A DNA stretch of 63,819 nucleotides, filler included, from Octopus bimaculoides (lineage: Eukaryota): assembly GCF_001194135.2 (NCBI RefSeq). It is 6 parts of 6 records of this genome, joined end to end, with 100 filler letters (N's around TTAATTAATTAA, not from the genome) between each part and the next. Parts side by side here need not be neighbours in the genome. Positions count along the whole stretch, not along the records: positions 38,598 to 53,596 come from NC_068988.1; positions 53,697 to 60,249 come from NC_068982.1; positions 60,350 to 62,453 come from NC_068987.1; positions 62,554 to 63,819 come from NC_069010.1; 2 more parts are not named here. One strand, given 5' to 3'. Positions within the stretch are counted from its first letter, which is position 1, and each line of letters starts with the position of its first letter. Positions 49,644 to 62,800 of this stretch are shown piece by piece. A program made the position numbers and the translations under genes. The notes beneath the pieces were generated by a model. That model did not search any database and was not told where the DNA came from. It saw only the letters and a program-made list of their open reading frames with translations.

Positions 49644-50570
49644 CTGTACCGTGTGACTACTCTTATAGTGGTGTATGGGGGGTGCTATTGAAGATTGTGT
49701 ATGGGTGTGTGGAAGATGGTGTCTGGGTTTGCGGATGATGGTGTGTGGTGTGGATGCTGAGATGTGGTCGGTGCTAGTGTGTGTGGAGTGATTTGGGATA
49801 GTGTGGTGTGGTGAGGTTGTGTGGGGTGTGTTGAGGCAAGCGCTTTTATCAATGAAGAAAGAAGGTGGGTAGGGGTGAAGAGAGGAAGTAGGTGTCAGAT
49901 GAAGAGAGGAGAGGAGGAGATTTGAGCCCATGTGGCCCAAAGGAGCGAATAGAGAAGATCAAATACTTGTTCACGGCCAAGACGGAAGTCCGGATGGTAC
50001 CTGCGCAAAAACAGTCTCAACACAGACAGGTGTTGTAGTTCATGGCCGGCAGAGTGGAAATGGCGTGAGACCGGAATGCCATTGCCGAGTGTAATGTTTC
50101 GGAGGTGCTCCGCGAACCGGTCAATCAAACGGCATCCCGATTGACCGATGTACGGAGAAGGGCAAAAAGAACAGGTGATGCAGTAAATGGCGTTGTTAAG
50201 AATGCAGGTAAAGGAGTCATTGTTATGAGAGGGACGATGGTGGGTGCCTCTGCAGATGGTGGTGTTGGAGAGGTCGGGGTAAGTACAAGAGCGTGAGCGG
50301 GAGCAGAAGAACCAGCCAGGTGGGGAGGTGGGGTTAGGGAAGAAACTACGGACCAGGAGGTCACGTAGGTTGTGGGCTCGTTTGAACGAGGGAAGTGGTA
50401 GGTTGGGGAAGATGTGCGACGTGAAACGGTCGGACTGGAGTCGCCAGAAGGCTCGGAGAATGATGCATTGGAGAGGCAAGATGGAGGATTGCTAGGTCAG
50501 GGGTCTTGCAGACGGGCAACAGCGGGGCGGGTGATGCGAGAGAGAACAGAGGCACGATGTATGAATGTAC
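49330..50570 (-). mobile_element. Penelope-like element 3' part with Cys-rich linker and GIY-YIG endonuclease
   Basis: SFKRAHNLRDLLVRS...FTCILNNAIYCITCSFCPSPYIGQSGCRLIDRFAEHLRNI...PVSRHF; terminal hammerhead-like motif at 49417-49452. Confidence 0.85.
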
Positions 50571-51506
50571 ATAAATGTGTTTTTGAGTCTGCGTGTTTTT
50601 ATATATGCCTGCGCATGTGTGTGTACGTGTGTGCGTAGGCGATGGTGTTAAATTTATAATATGAACCAACGAATGCATATCTGCATAACTCAAGATCAGA
50701 AAGAAGCCCGTCGTATGTGATCTTGTATGCGCCCGTGAGTGTATGTGTTTGTGTCAGTGTTCGTCCGTCCCCTACCACCGTTTGACAACAGGTGTTGGTT
50801 TTCCTACATCCCTGTAACCCAGCCGCCCGGTAAACATAACCGATAGGGTAAGTAACCGATAGGGTAAGTAACATGCTTAAAAAAAAAGAATTAAATATGT
50901 ACTGGAGTTGATTCAATGGCCGGAGTCACATAACTGAAACAAGAGGAAGATAAGAGGCAATAGTTTAAGATGCAAGAACCCTGAATATAGTTTATAAAAC
51001 CTTGCTGTAATTCTTGCAACACAGAGAATCAGTCACATCTTATGTTTAGAATTAATTCCATCCGTACATTATACTCTACGTAGCGCTGACATCAGAGCAA
51101 TTTCTTTCTGATATAAGCAATAGTGTATAGGGACTACACTCAATTGTTTCCCGATGATGGTATACATCAACATGGGTAACATTTGTATCAGTACCGACTG
51201 ACGCTATTGATGTGGTACCTGTAAAAAATTCATTATAAAATAGATAACTTAGACTACAAGAATACACAACTTTATCATACATGGAATTGATTAAAAGCAA
51301 ATTATGAACAATATCAGCTATTTTATGAATGGTATTTCGCGTGATATATCATTCCTATATTCATATTTTGTGAAGTACACTTATTTCGGTTATATAAGAT
51401 ATTTTTTTCCTGTGACAAAGTGGGAAATGGCATAAACTATGGAATTAAAACTTTAAACTGTTTTGCAATGAAATTAAAAAGGAACAATGATTATATAATA
51501 ACTTAC

Positions 51507-51637
51507 TGAATATTGGTTCCAGTAATAAGATCGTTTAAATCGCGGAAACATTTTTGGTCAGATATCGTGAAAGTAAACTTTTCCACTGATTTATCACTTT
51601 TCTTCAGTATATCATCAAATATTCGATCCAGAAATAA
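51507..51637 (-). CDS. Neprilysin/M13-family peptidase-like gene, exon (most 5' one found)
   Basis: aatcttcttacag|131 nt|gtaagt, phase 0-2: LFLDRIFDDILKKSDKSVEKFTFTISDQKCFRDLNDLITGTNI(H/Q); fits the M13_N segment V.V..P.YF..L..LL..T that ends in a phase-2 intron. Confidence 0.65.
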
Positions 51638-51824
51638 CTGTAAGAAGATTAAGGATGCGAAATAAACTCCGTGTCATGACGGACACAAAAACTAATTCAG
51701 GAGCCTCTAGAATATACCGACTAACATATGATGGGCTTGAATAACAAAAATCTTTTAGTGATAAATAAACATACGCTTTTGCTTTCACATAAGAATATAT
51801 AATAACAATATTACAGGCATAGCA

Positions 51825-53290
51825 AGGTAGGTGAGGTGTGTGGGTAAGCGCCATTGTAGCGCGTTGCTGCATTCACCATCTTTTGATTTTTTCCCGAGTC
51901 TTCCCGAGCGAATCGTCCAGAAAATCAGTCTAGATCACTGCGTGAAACCTCCTCATCTGCGGTGATTATGTGACATGTGGTCGCTCAACAGGAGCCGTCA
52001 ATGTGGCTGAATCTTCGGTGAAGAAAAGGACCTCACTCGGAAAAATCAAGAGATGTTACGAAAGAATCGGAAGTGGTCTTCCCGAAGAAAAGTTCACCCA
52101 TAAACCTGCGAAGCGTTCTAGAACCAAAGGAGGGTAAGCGGCTCTTAGGGCCCTTACGACTGCCCAAATCTCACAACTGTTAAGCAAACAGGGGAGGATC
52201 AGAGACCCAGAGACACGATACTTTGTTCTCCTGCACAGGTATGGGCAGCACCGAACACCCTTGTTCAATGAATCCACAACTGCCCAAGCTTGTCCAAATC
52301 TTTTTAGGACTATGAATCTCTCAGACGAGATTTGTGAACCTGTAAACAATTTGACATTTTCTCCCGCAACAAATACAAATAGCATAAAGTCCTCCAAGAA
52401 GCCAACAAAGGACTGGATATTTGTCTTGACCCAAAGAATTTTAAGGTCAAGTGATTCTGTTTCCTTTCTCAATGAAAAGAGAACACTTTTTTAGATATCT
52501 AGAGACTTGGCAAGAATAACTGTTTCATCAACAAAATAAGATCTGTCATCCTGCTTTCAGCAAGGAGTGCACCAGAACTCGATCGAATCGCCTTTCGGCC
52601 AAGTATCCAGTCCATACAGACATTGAACAGATTGGGAAACCTGACACACCTCAGTTCTAACAGGTTAAAAGCTAGATGTTGTGATCCCAACCTGTACTGC
52701 ATTCACTATTTAAGGCGATCATCACTTACACTGACAGTTACAACTCCATCATCAGCCCAGGTAGTTCAGGAGATATATCTCACTGCTCCACAGTCCTCGC
52801 AAGCATATCGCTGTGCAACAAGTCACACGCCTTGCAGAGGTCCACATAAGCTGCCAGCAGCTCTTGCTGTATAGCTACGTTTGCGTTAAATGAGTACAGG
52901 AGAAATAAGGATACTATAAGCAGTTGATCCTCCTGGCTTGAACTTTGCTCCCACCGCTGAGACACAAGCAGATGATTTCCTACTCAGTTCAGGATGACCC
53001 TGATAAAGAGCTTACCAGGTACTGAGAGAAGTGTAACAGACATATAATTGTTGCAATCGTGATAATCATATTTAAGTTTCATGTGTGTTATAATTATTCC
53101 ATTTCCAATGCGGCAGTATGATGCCGTTGCTCCAGATTGAACATATGACCTGCTGCATGTCCAAGGCTACAGCAGACCAACATTTTTTTAAACTCGTCAT
53201 GGATTCCACAAATACCTGCTGCCTCCTGACTCTTCATAATATTTGTCACCGTACAAACCTCATTTTCTGATAGCAGTTCATGGCCGACTG
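51825..53290 (-). mobile_element. Degenerate RTE-clade LINE (a second RTE family)
   Basis: PNLFNVCMDWILGR..MTDL; RFGQA..V.DSLN...RRTKYRV..SLILPCLLNSCEIW; 3' end gcagcaacgcgctac...cacctcacctt. Confidence 0.75.
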
Positions 53291-53565
53291 GTTGGCCAAG
53301 GCATCGTGTAATTCAAACCAGTACTAGGTGGATTTAAGTTATACAATTCCTAAAATTACGATATTCCGTGTATTTTCTAAGGTAATTAAGATAATGCTGG
53401 GATATTGATAATTTAAAGCTAGGGTTTTCTTGCATTCGTAATCACCACTTTCCATCAAAACCTCAGGTTTATAGAAACTGCATGCTGATTGGGTTAGAAC
53501 TTGTTTACAGACTTTGTGCACCCATATAAATGTCAATCAGCTTATTTATCAAAATATGAAATATG

Positions 53566-53596
<31 letters not shown>

Positions 53597-53706
53597 NNNN
53601 NNNNNNNNNNNNNNNNNNNNNNNNNNNNNNNNNNNNNNNNTTAATTAATTAANNNNNNNNNNNNNNNNNNNNNNNNNNNNNNNNNNNNNNNNNNNNATAT
53701 ATATAC

Positions 53707-54117
53707 GCGTAGGAGTGGCTGTGTGGTAATTAGCTTGCTTACCAACCACATGGTTCCGGGTTCAGTCCCACTGCGTGGCACCTTGGTCAAGTGTCTTTTA
53801 CAATAGCCTCGGGCCGACCAAAGCCTTGTGAGTGGGTTTGGTAGAGGGAAACCGAAAGAAACCCGTCGTATATATGTATATATATATATGTATGTGTGTG
53901 TATATGTTTGTGTGTCTGTGTTTGTCCCCATAACATCGCTTGACAACCGATGCTGGTGTGTTCACGTTCCCATTACTTAGCGGTTCGGCAAAAGAGACCG
54001 ATATAATAAGTACTAGGCTTACAAAGAATAAGTCCTGGGGTCAATTTGCTCGACTAAAGCGGTGCCTCAGCATGGACACAATCAAATGACTGAAACAGGT
54101 AAAAGAGTAAATGAGAA
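53707..54117 (+). mobile_element. SINE family A, near full length
   Basis: tRNA-like head gtggctgtgtggtaattagcttgc...gttccgggttcagtccc; ccttggtcaagtg (CORE-like motif); internal microsatellite; tail ...gactgaaacaggtaaaagagtaa. Confidence 0.85.
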
Positions 54118-54894
54118 TATGCATATATACACATGCATATGTACATACATGTGTATCTGTTTAGGTATGCATATATGGGTACAGGACGTCACAAAACGTA
54201 AGCAACATGAAATACGAATATAATGGTGGGTGCGCAAAGAACGAGAGAAACAAATGGAAAACAAAGCAAGTAACATAAAAAACGATCCTTCATCAGTTGT
54301 CGGCTGTCCTTCTACTCCTTTCAAGCAATGAACGACAAGGTAAGACTTTGAAGGAAGTTGGGATTTGCGGATGGTCAAAGTTAGTAACAAAAACAGGACA
54401 TACAACATGCCAAACGAAACACACATATATATATACATACATACATACATATATATANNNNNNNNNNNNNNNNNNNNNNNNNNNNNNNNNNNNNNNNNNN
54501 NNNNNNNNNNNNNNNNNNNNNNNNNNNNNNNNNNNNNNNNNNNNNNNNNNNNNNNNNNNNNNNNNNNNNNNNNNNNNNNNNNNNNNNNNNNNNNNNNNNN
54601 NNNNNNNNNNNNNNNNNNNNNNNNNNNNNNNNNNNNNNNNNNNNNNNNNNNNNNNNNNNNNNNNNNNNNNNNNNNNNNNNNNNNNNNNNNNNNNNNNNNN
54701 NNNNNNNNNNNNNNNNNNNNNNNNNNNNNNNNNNNNNNNNNNNNNNNNNNNNNNNNNNNNNNNNNNNNNNNNNNNNNNNNNNNNNNNNNNNNNNNNNNNN
54801 NNNNNNNNNNNNNNNNNNNNNNNNNNNNNNNNNNNNNNNNNNNNNNNNNNNNNNNNNNNNNNNNNNNNNNNNNNNNNNNNNNNNNNNNNNNNNN

Positions 54895-55835
54895 ATATAT
54901 ATATATATATAAAAGAAGGGAAATACATACAGTTTACATAGTTTTGATATATTTTAAATGAAAGTGTATTGTGGTTGTCACCGGTTTCGTTCATCATGAC
55001 ATTGAAATTATTGTAATTTCGTATTTTCTTAAGACTTTGAATTATTATTTTCTTAAGACTTAAGAAGATTTTAGTCCATGTTTGTGAATGAATCAACAAG
55101 TAGAAAAAATTAAGAGGAGGCAATTGGTGATAGTTATTACTCGGAACAGGAGAGGTAATTGCTCATTTTGGGGGTTGGATGAATAAACACACAGAAAGTT
55201 ATAAGCTAAAGTAGTGAGATGAAATATGTACAGTGATGAATATGTGATCATGAATTAAAGTATACACTGAGACCAAAGTTGGTTATCCGTTCATATTTAC
55301 GCGTGTTCTGTATTTTTCGATAAATAAATTTTCTTTATTTAAATGTTCTTGTACAGAAATTGTTTCTTTGAACTGGTAGATAGGGAAAACTGAGAAATTT
55401 AGATGGAGATTCTCTGCACATACCTCCATGTATTCAATCAAAAATATCTGTCTATACTTTGGGAAACGGATCTGTTCCTTATGTAGTGTGGTTCTCCGTC
55501 AAAGTGCCATACTTGTCTGTCCTACAGTTAGGTCCACAATCTGAACAAGTTATAACATAAATTAAATTCTCGGTTGCACAAGTGTAGCTGGTCATAACTG
55601 TGAACCTCTCGAGTAATAATTATCACCAATTACTTCCCCTTACATTTTTCTATTTGTTTCATTCACAAACTTTCATACAAGAACATGGACTATCTTCTTA
55701 AGAAAATACGTAAGTACAATAATTTCAATGTCATGATCAGCGAAAGCGAAACCGGTCGGCACCCACAATACTCATTCATTTAAAATATATTAAAACTATG
55801 TAGACTGTATGCATTTTCCTTATTTTATTTCATAT
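54895..55835 (-). mobile_element. Short Penelope-like insertion: GIY-YIG fragment (55290-55605) with inverted terminal arms (54895-55155 and 55605-55835)
   Basis: SYTCATENLIYVITCSDCG...GQTSMAL.RRTTLHKEQIRFPKYRQI...FSVFPIYQF...KENLFIEKY; the arms are reverse complements, e.g. tatcaccaatt(a/g)c..cc.ctta and catggact...cttaagaaaatacg. Confidence 0.75.
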
Positions 55836-56090
55836 ATATATATATATATATAGGCTGAGCTTCTTCCAGCTTCCGTCGACCAAATCCACTCAAAAAGCTT
55901 TGGTCGGCCCGAGGCTGTAGTAGAAAACACTTTTCCCAAGGTATGGACTATCTTCTTAAGAAAATACGTAAGTACAATAATTCAATAATTCAATGTCATG
56001 ATCAGCGAAAGCGAAACCGGTCGGCAACCACAATACTCATTCATTTAAAATATACTAAAACTATGTAAACTGTATGTATTTTCCTTCTTT

Positions 56091-56161
<71 letters not shown>

Positions 56162-56248
56162 GGGCCTCTTCCGGCTTCCGTCGACCAAATCCACTCAAAA
56201 GGCCTTGGTTGGCCCGAGGCTGTAGTAGAAAACACTTTCCCCAAGGTA
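55684..56248 (+). repeat. Tandem duplication of PLE arm + (AT)n + SINE A fragment (units start at 55685 and 55942)
   Basis: atggactatcttcttaagaaaatacgtaagtacaataat... and cttccgtcgaccaaatccactcaaaa...cccaaggt each occur twice. Confidence 0.85.
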
Positions 56249-57425
56249 TCGAGTGTATGCCTATCATACATACTCATATGCCTGTATATACGCATAAGTG
56301 CATGTGTGTGTCTGTCCGTATGTTTGTGTGCGTTAGAATGTTAAATGTATGCGTAATGCTAAAGCAAGTATGTTGTGTATCCGTGTTTTGTCCCTTGAGA
56401 CAAGCATCAGATCTATAACGGCAGCTACAGTATAATCATCATCGTCGTCATCGTCGTCGTCATCATCTTCATCATCATCATTATCCTCAGCAGCAGCAGC
56501 AGCAGCAGCAGTAGCAGCGTCAACATCATCAATGCAGCTACAGCAGGCATATGTAAACACCATATCGTCTGCTTTCTCGAATCCGAAGATATCATTAAAG
56601 ATAGTATGCTGGCTATCAAATGTCCATCAGTTAAACGGAAGTTGCTGGGCTGTTTGTCGATACAAAAAAAGAAGAAGACTCTTGTCTATCTAAGGTATGT
56701 TTTGTTTCAGTGTAGTGTTTTGTTATTTTTCAAACCTAATAATTTGTTGCTTAGTTCAATAGACATGTATTCCATAGAGATAATATCATGTCGAACGACT
56801 CCTGGGACTTTGTAAAACCAACAACAAGCCTCGGAATGCTTAGTGAAGTAGGATATTTGTTATCAAATAACTTTGTTCCGATTCCGGGACTCTTCATTTC
56901 TCAACAGAAGAGATTAATGGTGTTTTCACTCAACCTTGCTTTACCAATAGATTAATGGAGAAGCAGGTGGGGTTGGTTAGAATAATACTATTCATTCGAA
57001 ATATTTTATTTATTTCCATCTTTAAAACAAAAAACTAGATATAAAAAAAGTAAGACAGTAATAATGACATAATAAAAATCCGGTGTTTGCAGCGTAACAC
57101 AAGTTGTTTCAGAAATACAAACATTTTAAAAGTCAAATATTTTAGCGTACGGTTGATAGACAAGTGGGAATAAAGAATTATCAATGCTGAGAGCTGATTG
57201 GCTAGATTTCACGCGTGTCAGCAATGAGAAATAGCCAATCGCGGATGCCACGAAGGGCAGTAGATTTCGCATCATTTAGTCGCATTGTTCAATCATGTCC
57301 TGTGTATAAGTCAAATATTAACGCAATATTGAATTTTAACTCAAACGCTAAAGAGAAAAAAAAACCTAAGATATTGAAATAACAATGCAAACAATCACAA
57401 TCACTTTAACTACTACTACCACTAT

Positions 57426-57465
<40 letters not shown>

Positions 57466-57826
57466 GCTACTACTACTACTACTACTATCAATATTACCAT
57501 CGCCATGTACAATCAGCGCGGCCTCTTATATTATCACCATCACCACCACTGTCTCCTACACCATCGTTATATATTTCATGTATGTGCTTGTGTATGTATA
57601 TACGTATGAAAGTATGGATGTTATTTCTTTGAGATTTATTTAATTATCTTTTTTCTTTGCAGAATTCAAGCAGGTCACTAATAAAGTGGTACGGCTCTTT
57701 AGTTTAATCAAGACAGCTCTTGGGGGTTTGGGGATATTTGAATTGGTTGGTGTGTGAATGTATATGTATGTATGTGTGTGGATAAACTCACGTTTATGTA
57801 GTGAGTGAGCATGTTATTTGGGATAT

Positions 57827-57911
<85 letters not shown>

Positions 57912-58552
57912 TTTTTCATATGTCCATGTGCATGTGTCTATGCATTCAGCTCAGAGACCTCAAGTGGTGACTCCCTCGAATGTTCTTTCTGAAGGAACAC
58001 CAGTATTTGTAGGCTTTTTTTATGCAAATTTTTTGTTACATAGCCTAGTGCATATATAGAATAAATACAAATGAAAATCATAGCCTGGATACAAGAACAG
58101 TAAGAGTCTCTTTAGTTGTTCATAAATCCTTTTCCCCAAACTTCGATGAACTATTCACACCCGCCAAGCAGCAGAGATTTGCAATAGTGAACGACGTTTT
58201 TCTTTCCTTATTTGCGTTGCTGTTTTCACTGGAATACTCCGTCAGTATCCTTTATCTTTAAAGGTGTAACTTAATTCTGTTTGTAGCGTGCCTTTAATGC
58301 AGTCATCAGGGCATCCTTTCTTGTAGATAGCATTGGAGACAGTTTTGACATCAATGCCATTTCATGGGAGGGTAATATTTTGAGGACATTTTCTCACAGC
58401 TGCTAAGTACCATACTACACAGGTACGGCATAATCGTGGGGGCTTAGAGGCATTATTATTTCTCTCATTGATCAAATATTTAAGAGCTATCTCATGTTTC
58501 TGGATAGTAAAGACGTAGTCTTCTGCGTGAGACAGCTTTTCCTGACAATATT

Positions 58553-58761
58553 CATTTCTACTCTAAGCACAAGGCCCGAAATGTTTGATGANNNNNNNNN
58601 NAGATCGATCCCGGTACGCAACTGGTACTTAATCTATCGACCCCGAAAGGATGGAAGGCAAAGTTGACCTCGGCGGAATTTGAAAACAGAACGTAAAGAC
58701 ACACGAAATACCGGTCAGCATTTCGCCCGGCGTGCTAACGTTTCTGGCAGTTCGCCGCTTT
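58553..58761 (-). mobile_element. SINE family C with a 17-bp target-site duplication
   Basis: cttttcctgacaatatt at 58536-58552 and 58762-58778 flanks the element. Confidence 0.85.
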
Positions 58762-59904
58762 CTTTTCCTGACAATATTGTTTGTATTCTCTAGCTTGAGG
58801 GATGCTTACTCATGCATACCTTTGGTATGATGAATAGTTCTCAAAGTTTCTGTTAAAATCTGGGTACTAGCATGCATAATGAGAAAGCCTTGTAGGAAAT
58901 AGTTTTATTACATGTGGACAGCTCTGGCTTCCATATCTTTCGAAATTGCTTTACCTACAGCGCCAACGCATGCAATATTTTCATCACCCCCGAGTTATTT
59001 GTAACATTCCTTATTGGAGATAAGAAAGACAGACTGACCATTGTAATTCTGACAGCCATCACCTTCTTTATTATCATGTTTACGAGTATTTCAACTGAGA
59101 AACTTACCCAAGTTTATAACTGAATAACGAATGCTAAAATGTACAAGTATGTTTGATCGTACAATGTACGCTAAAATGTACAAGTATGTTTGAATTAAAG
59201 AATATCAATATCTTATACTGGCAAAAGGCGATACATTATGAGAAGTGACGTAGTTGGTTAAATCAAGTCAGTACATGACAGCTACACCGTAATGACTCCC
59301 CCAATTCAACGTCTTTCGGTGATAATTGTAATAAATTTTAGCATGATCACGAGGCTTCAATTTTGTGTATGAGTTACATTATCATCTAAGTTTTCTATAA
59401 AAATTCCATTCACATCTAAGATGTCTTATAGGAATATAAACCAAATCCGTGTTTGAATGACTCATTATTTTATTGACCCAAGAATGATCAAAAGTTATCA
59501 TGACTTCAGCATGAATTCAGTTCTGAACGGTAAAGAGCTATAATTGAATACTACAAGTCACTTTGTCAAACGCTCAAACGGCTCTTTCAATCTCCAACCC
59601 TTGATCTGGGAAGTAGTATTATAGTAGTAATATAGATTAACAGAGTGAAGCACTTTGATTCCACGCAAGACATTTTTATCTGCTGACAGACATCGGATAT
59701 CAATAAAGTCTATACAAGCATGCAACATATACGCGATCGCTCTTTCCGGAACTGTTTAATATTTGATGTGATTATTAGTCATGGCCACTGGTTACTTTCA
59801 TACTAAACATTATTAATTTCGGCTGGAAGATCACTACAATAAGGAATAACCGTCGAGCTATCTATCTACCTATTTCAGCCTGTTTTTCTATCTTTTTGCC
59901 TATT

Positions 59905-59992
<88 letters not shown>

Positions 59993-60767
59993 CATACCCA
60001 CACACCCACACAAATACACACAGATATGCATACTCAAATATATATCGTACAAATACATGTAGATATATGTATATGTATGCATGTATGTATAGACAGAAAG
60101 ACAGAAAGACAGACAGACAGACAGACAGGTAGATAGATAGATAGATAGATAGATATGTTTCTTTATTAGCCACACAGGGCTCAACACAGAGGGGACAAAA
60201 TATAAATGTAGAGTTTTTCTTTTCGGGTGGGGGGGGCGAAAAACAAAGCNNNNNNNNNNNNNNNNNNNNNNNNNNNNNNNNNNNNNNNNNNNNTTAATTA
60301 ATTAANNNNNNNNNNNNNNNNNNNNNNNNNNNNNNNNNNNNNNNNNNNNATCACCACCGCCGCCACTCTGCCTCCATTCTTGTTTTTCCCAAAGCCTTGT
60401 CCATCTACCGTTTGCCCTCATTATTTTCAATGTTTTCCTCCTCCTCCTCCTCTCATCGCCGAAACAACAAAGCTTAACCCTCCTCACCTAAACGCTGCCT
60501 CCTCCATGCAATATATATACATATATCTTATACACATACGCACAATTACACACACTAACATACATTAACACACTGGATACATTGTCACAGTGATGTCAAA
60601 TAGCTACGCACCTTAATTTACCTCCCAGACATTTGATTATATATTTATCTCAGTCTTTTTTTTTCTGCACTTAATTCCTTCCCCTTAGCTACCATCACCA
60701 CACCACACCACCACTACCATCACCACCGTTGCTGCCGCTGCCGCCATTACTATTACAGCCGCCGCCG

Positions 60768-60825
<58 letters not shown>

Positions 60826-61281
60826 ATGCATGCATGCATGCATGCGCGCATGTATATATGTAAGTATGCATATATGCACGTTTGTATGTATGTATGTATG
60901 TATGTATGTACGTATGATTTTTCTTTGAGTTCTTTTTCAGAGGCTTCTTGAGTCACTACAAACCGGTCGCTAACAAAACGACAAGATTATTTGAGTTAAG
61001 AGAGTTCCCGCTATTTGTGAATATGTAACTGAGTTGGTGCTTTGGTTGAACTGTCGATGCATGCACCCAAGTGTGTGCATCTATTCATATAAGAATCTCA
61101 CATGGAATATGTTTTGAATGTCTTACAAATCTTCACTGTGCCACCAATAGATTGGATCTGGAGAATCCGCGTCTGTTTCTTTTTTTTGTCAAAGCGAGTA
61201 TCTTTAGGTTTTGTGCAAATTTGTTGATGTATAATTTAATGTACCCATAATGACATATTTATGTATACATGCGTGTGCGTG

Positions 61282-61322
<41 letters not shown>

Positions 61323-61329
61323 CTTGGTG

Positions 61330-61927
61330 ATCTGAGGTTAAAACAAAAAGAGGAAAGAATGGTTGAATTCCGACAAGCAATCAGCACGTCGAGCAAAGCC
61401 AGAGCTGCAGCCACGCAACACAATGGTTTGTGTTTGGTGGAACTGGTAAGGGCTAATCCATTACGAAATGCTTGCAAACAACGGCACGGTCAGTGCAGGG
61501 CTTTACGTTCCGCAAATGCACCGGCTTAACGCGACAATTCGACCGGCGACACGTCATGCTCCTTCACTCAACACAACACTTGCCTTCATGTCGCAAATTT
61601 GGTCGATTGAGAAGTTCTATCACACCCATCCTGATATAACACTTTCGGATGAATACCTTTTCTTTTTTTTTTTGGCCACTCTCTAATAGTCTGTGAGATG
61701 TTTCGTTCAACAACGATGAGGAGCTAGAAACACGGTTCGATGAATTCTTCAAGCCAGAACTCAATGATTTCTATCGTCAAAGTATTGATAATCTAATACA
61801 ACGTTGGCAAGAAATCATTGACAATGGAGATTATATCATTAACAGGTTTGTTAAAATTGCTGATGAAAAATAAGGATTAAAATGAATGGAAAAAAAAAAT
61901 CAAACGAATTTATCTGACAACCGAATA
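61330..61927 (+). mobile_element. Mariner transposase C-terminal relic with 3' TIR
   Basis: KPELQPRNTMVCVWWNW.GLIHYEMLANNGTVSAGLYVPQMHRL; SFNNDEELETRFDEFF...FYRQSIDNLIQRWQEIIDNGDYII; aaacgaatttatctgacaaccgaata. Confidence 0.8.
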
Positions 61928-62582
61928 CGCGCGCGCACACACACACACGCATATATGTATACGTAAACATATATAGACATACATATACATCCACCGAAAC
62001 ACACACACCCATACACAATACTCAGACAGATATACACATATATGTCTATATACATATATGTATACATATATATACATACATAGCGATGCATATCCATACA
62101 CACACACACTCATAAACGAACAAGCAAATGCGCACAACAAATAAGATGGATTAATGAGACAAATTCCAAAAGGTAACAAATCAAATCGTTCCCAACCTCT
62201 AAGACCAAGTGATTCCCCTATATATCTTTTTCTAGATCGCTTCTTTGCTGTCATCTCCGGTTTCCCACGAGACTTTTGATACAGTGGAAGGGGCTGATAG
62301 TTAGGCAAGTTAAGTAGGTACGTGATAAAGAGATAATGATCCCGTCTTCGCTGTATATCATCACTGATCATCTGGTACATTTGTTTTCTGTCACTACTCC
62401 GGTTATCCATATCTCCCTCGTCATCGTGGTGGTGGCGGTGGTGGTGGTGGTGGNNNNNNNNNNNNNNNNNNNNNNNNNNNNNNNNNNNNNNNNNNNNTTA
62501 ATTAATTAANNNNNNNNNNNNNNNNNNNNNNNNNNNNNNNNNNNNNNNNNNNNAAATTTGAAGAAAGAAGAAAAATAACAAC

Positions 62583-62649
<67 letters not shown>

Positions 62650-62651
<2 letters not shown>

Positions 62652-62800
62652 GCAGCGGTATTTCGTCCGTCTTCACGTTCTGGGTTCAATTTCCGCCGAG
62701 GTCGACTTTACCTGTCATCATTTCGGGGTCTACAAATTAAGTACCAGTGAAACACTGATGTCAATGTAATGGACTAGTCCCCTCCCTGCAAATTTCAGGA
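62650..62800 (+). mobile_element. SINE family C, 5'-truncated
   Basis: gcggtatttcgtccgtc...ttccgccgaggtcgacttt...aattaagtaccag. Confidence 0.75.

Noticed and set aside
57195-57242. Inverted gattggcta/tagccaatc (CCAAT-box) pair
   Set aside because: A 9-bp stem only, with no TIR, TSD or gene start to anchor it.
58160-58240. Minus-strand ...KTSFTIANLCCLAG resembling NEP MTIAEL as an upstream M13 exon
   Set aside because: No good acceptor, weak similarity, and it lies beyond a synthetic linker.
59128-59193. 24-bp direct repeat gctaaaatgtacaagtatgtttga
   Set aside because: A simple local slippage duplication with no element between the copies.
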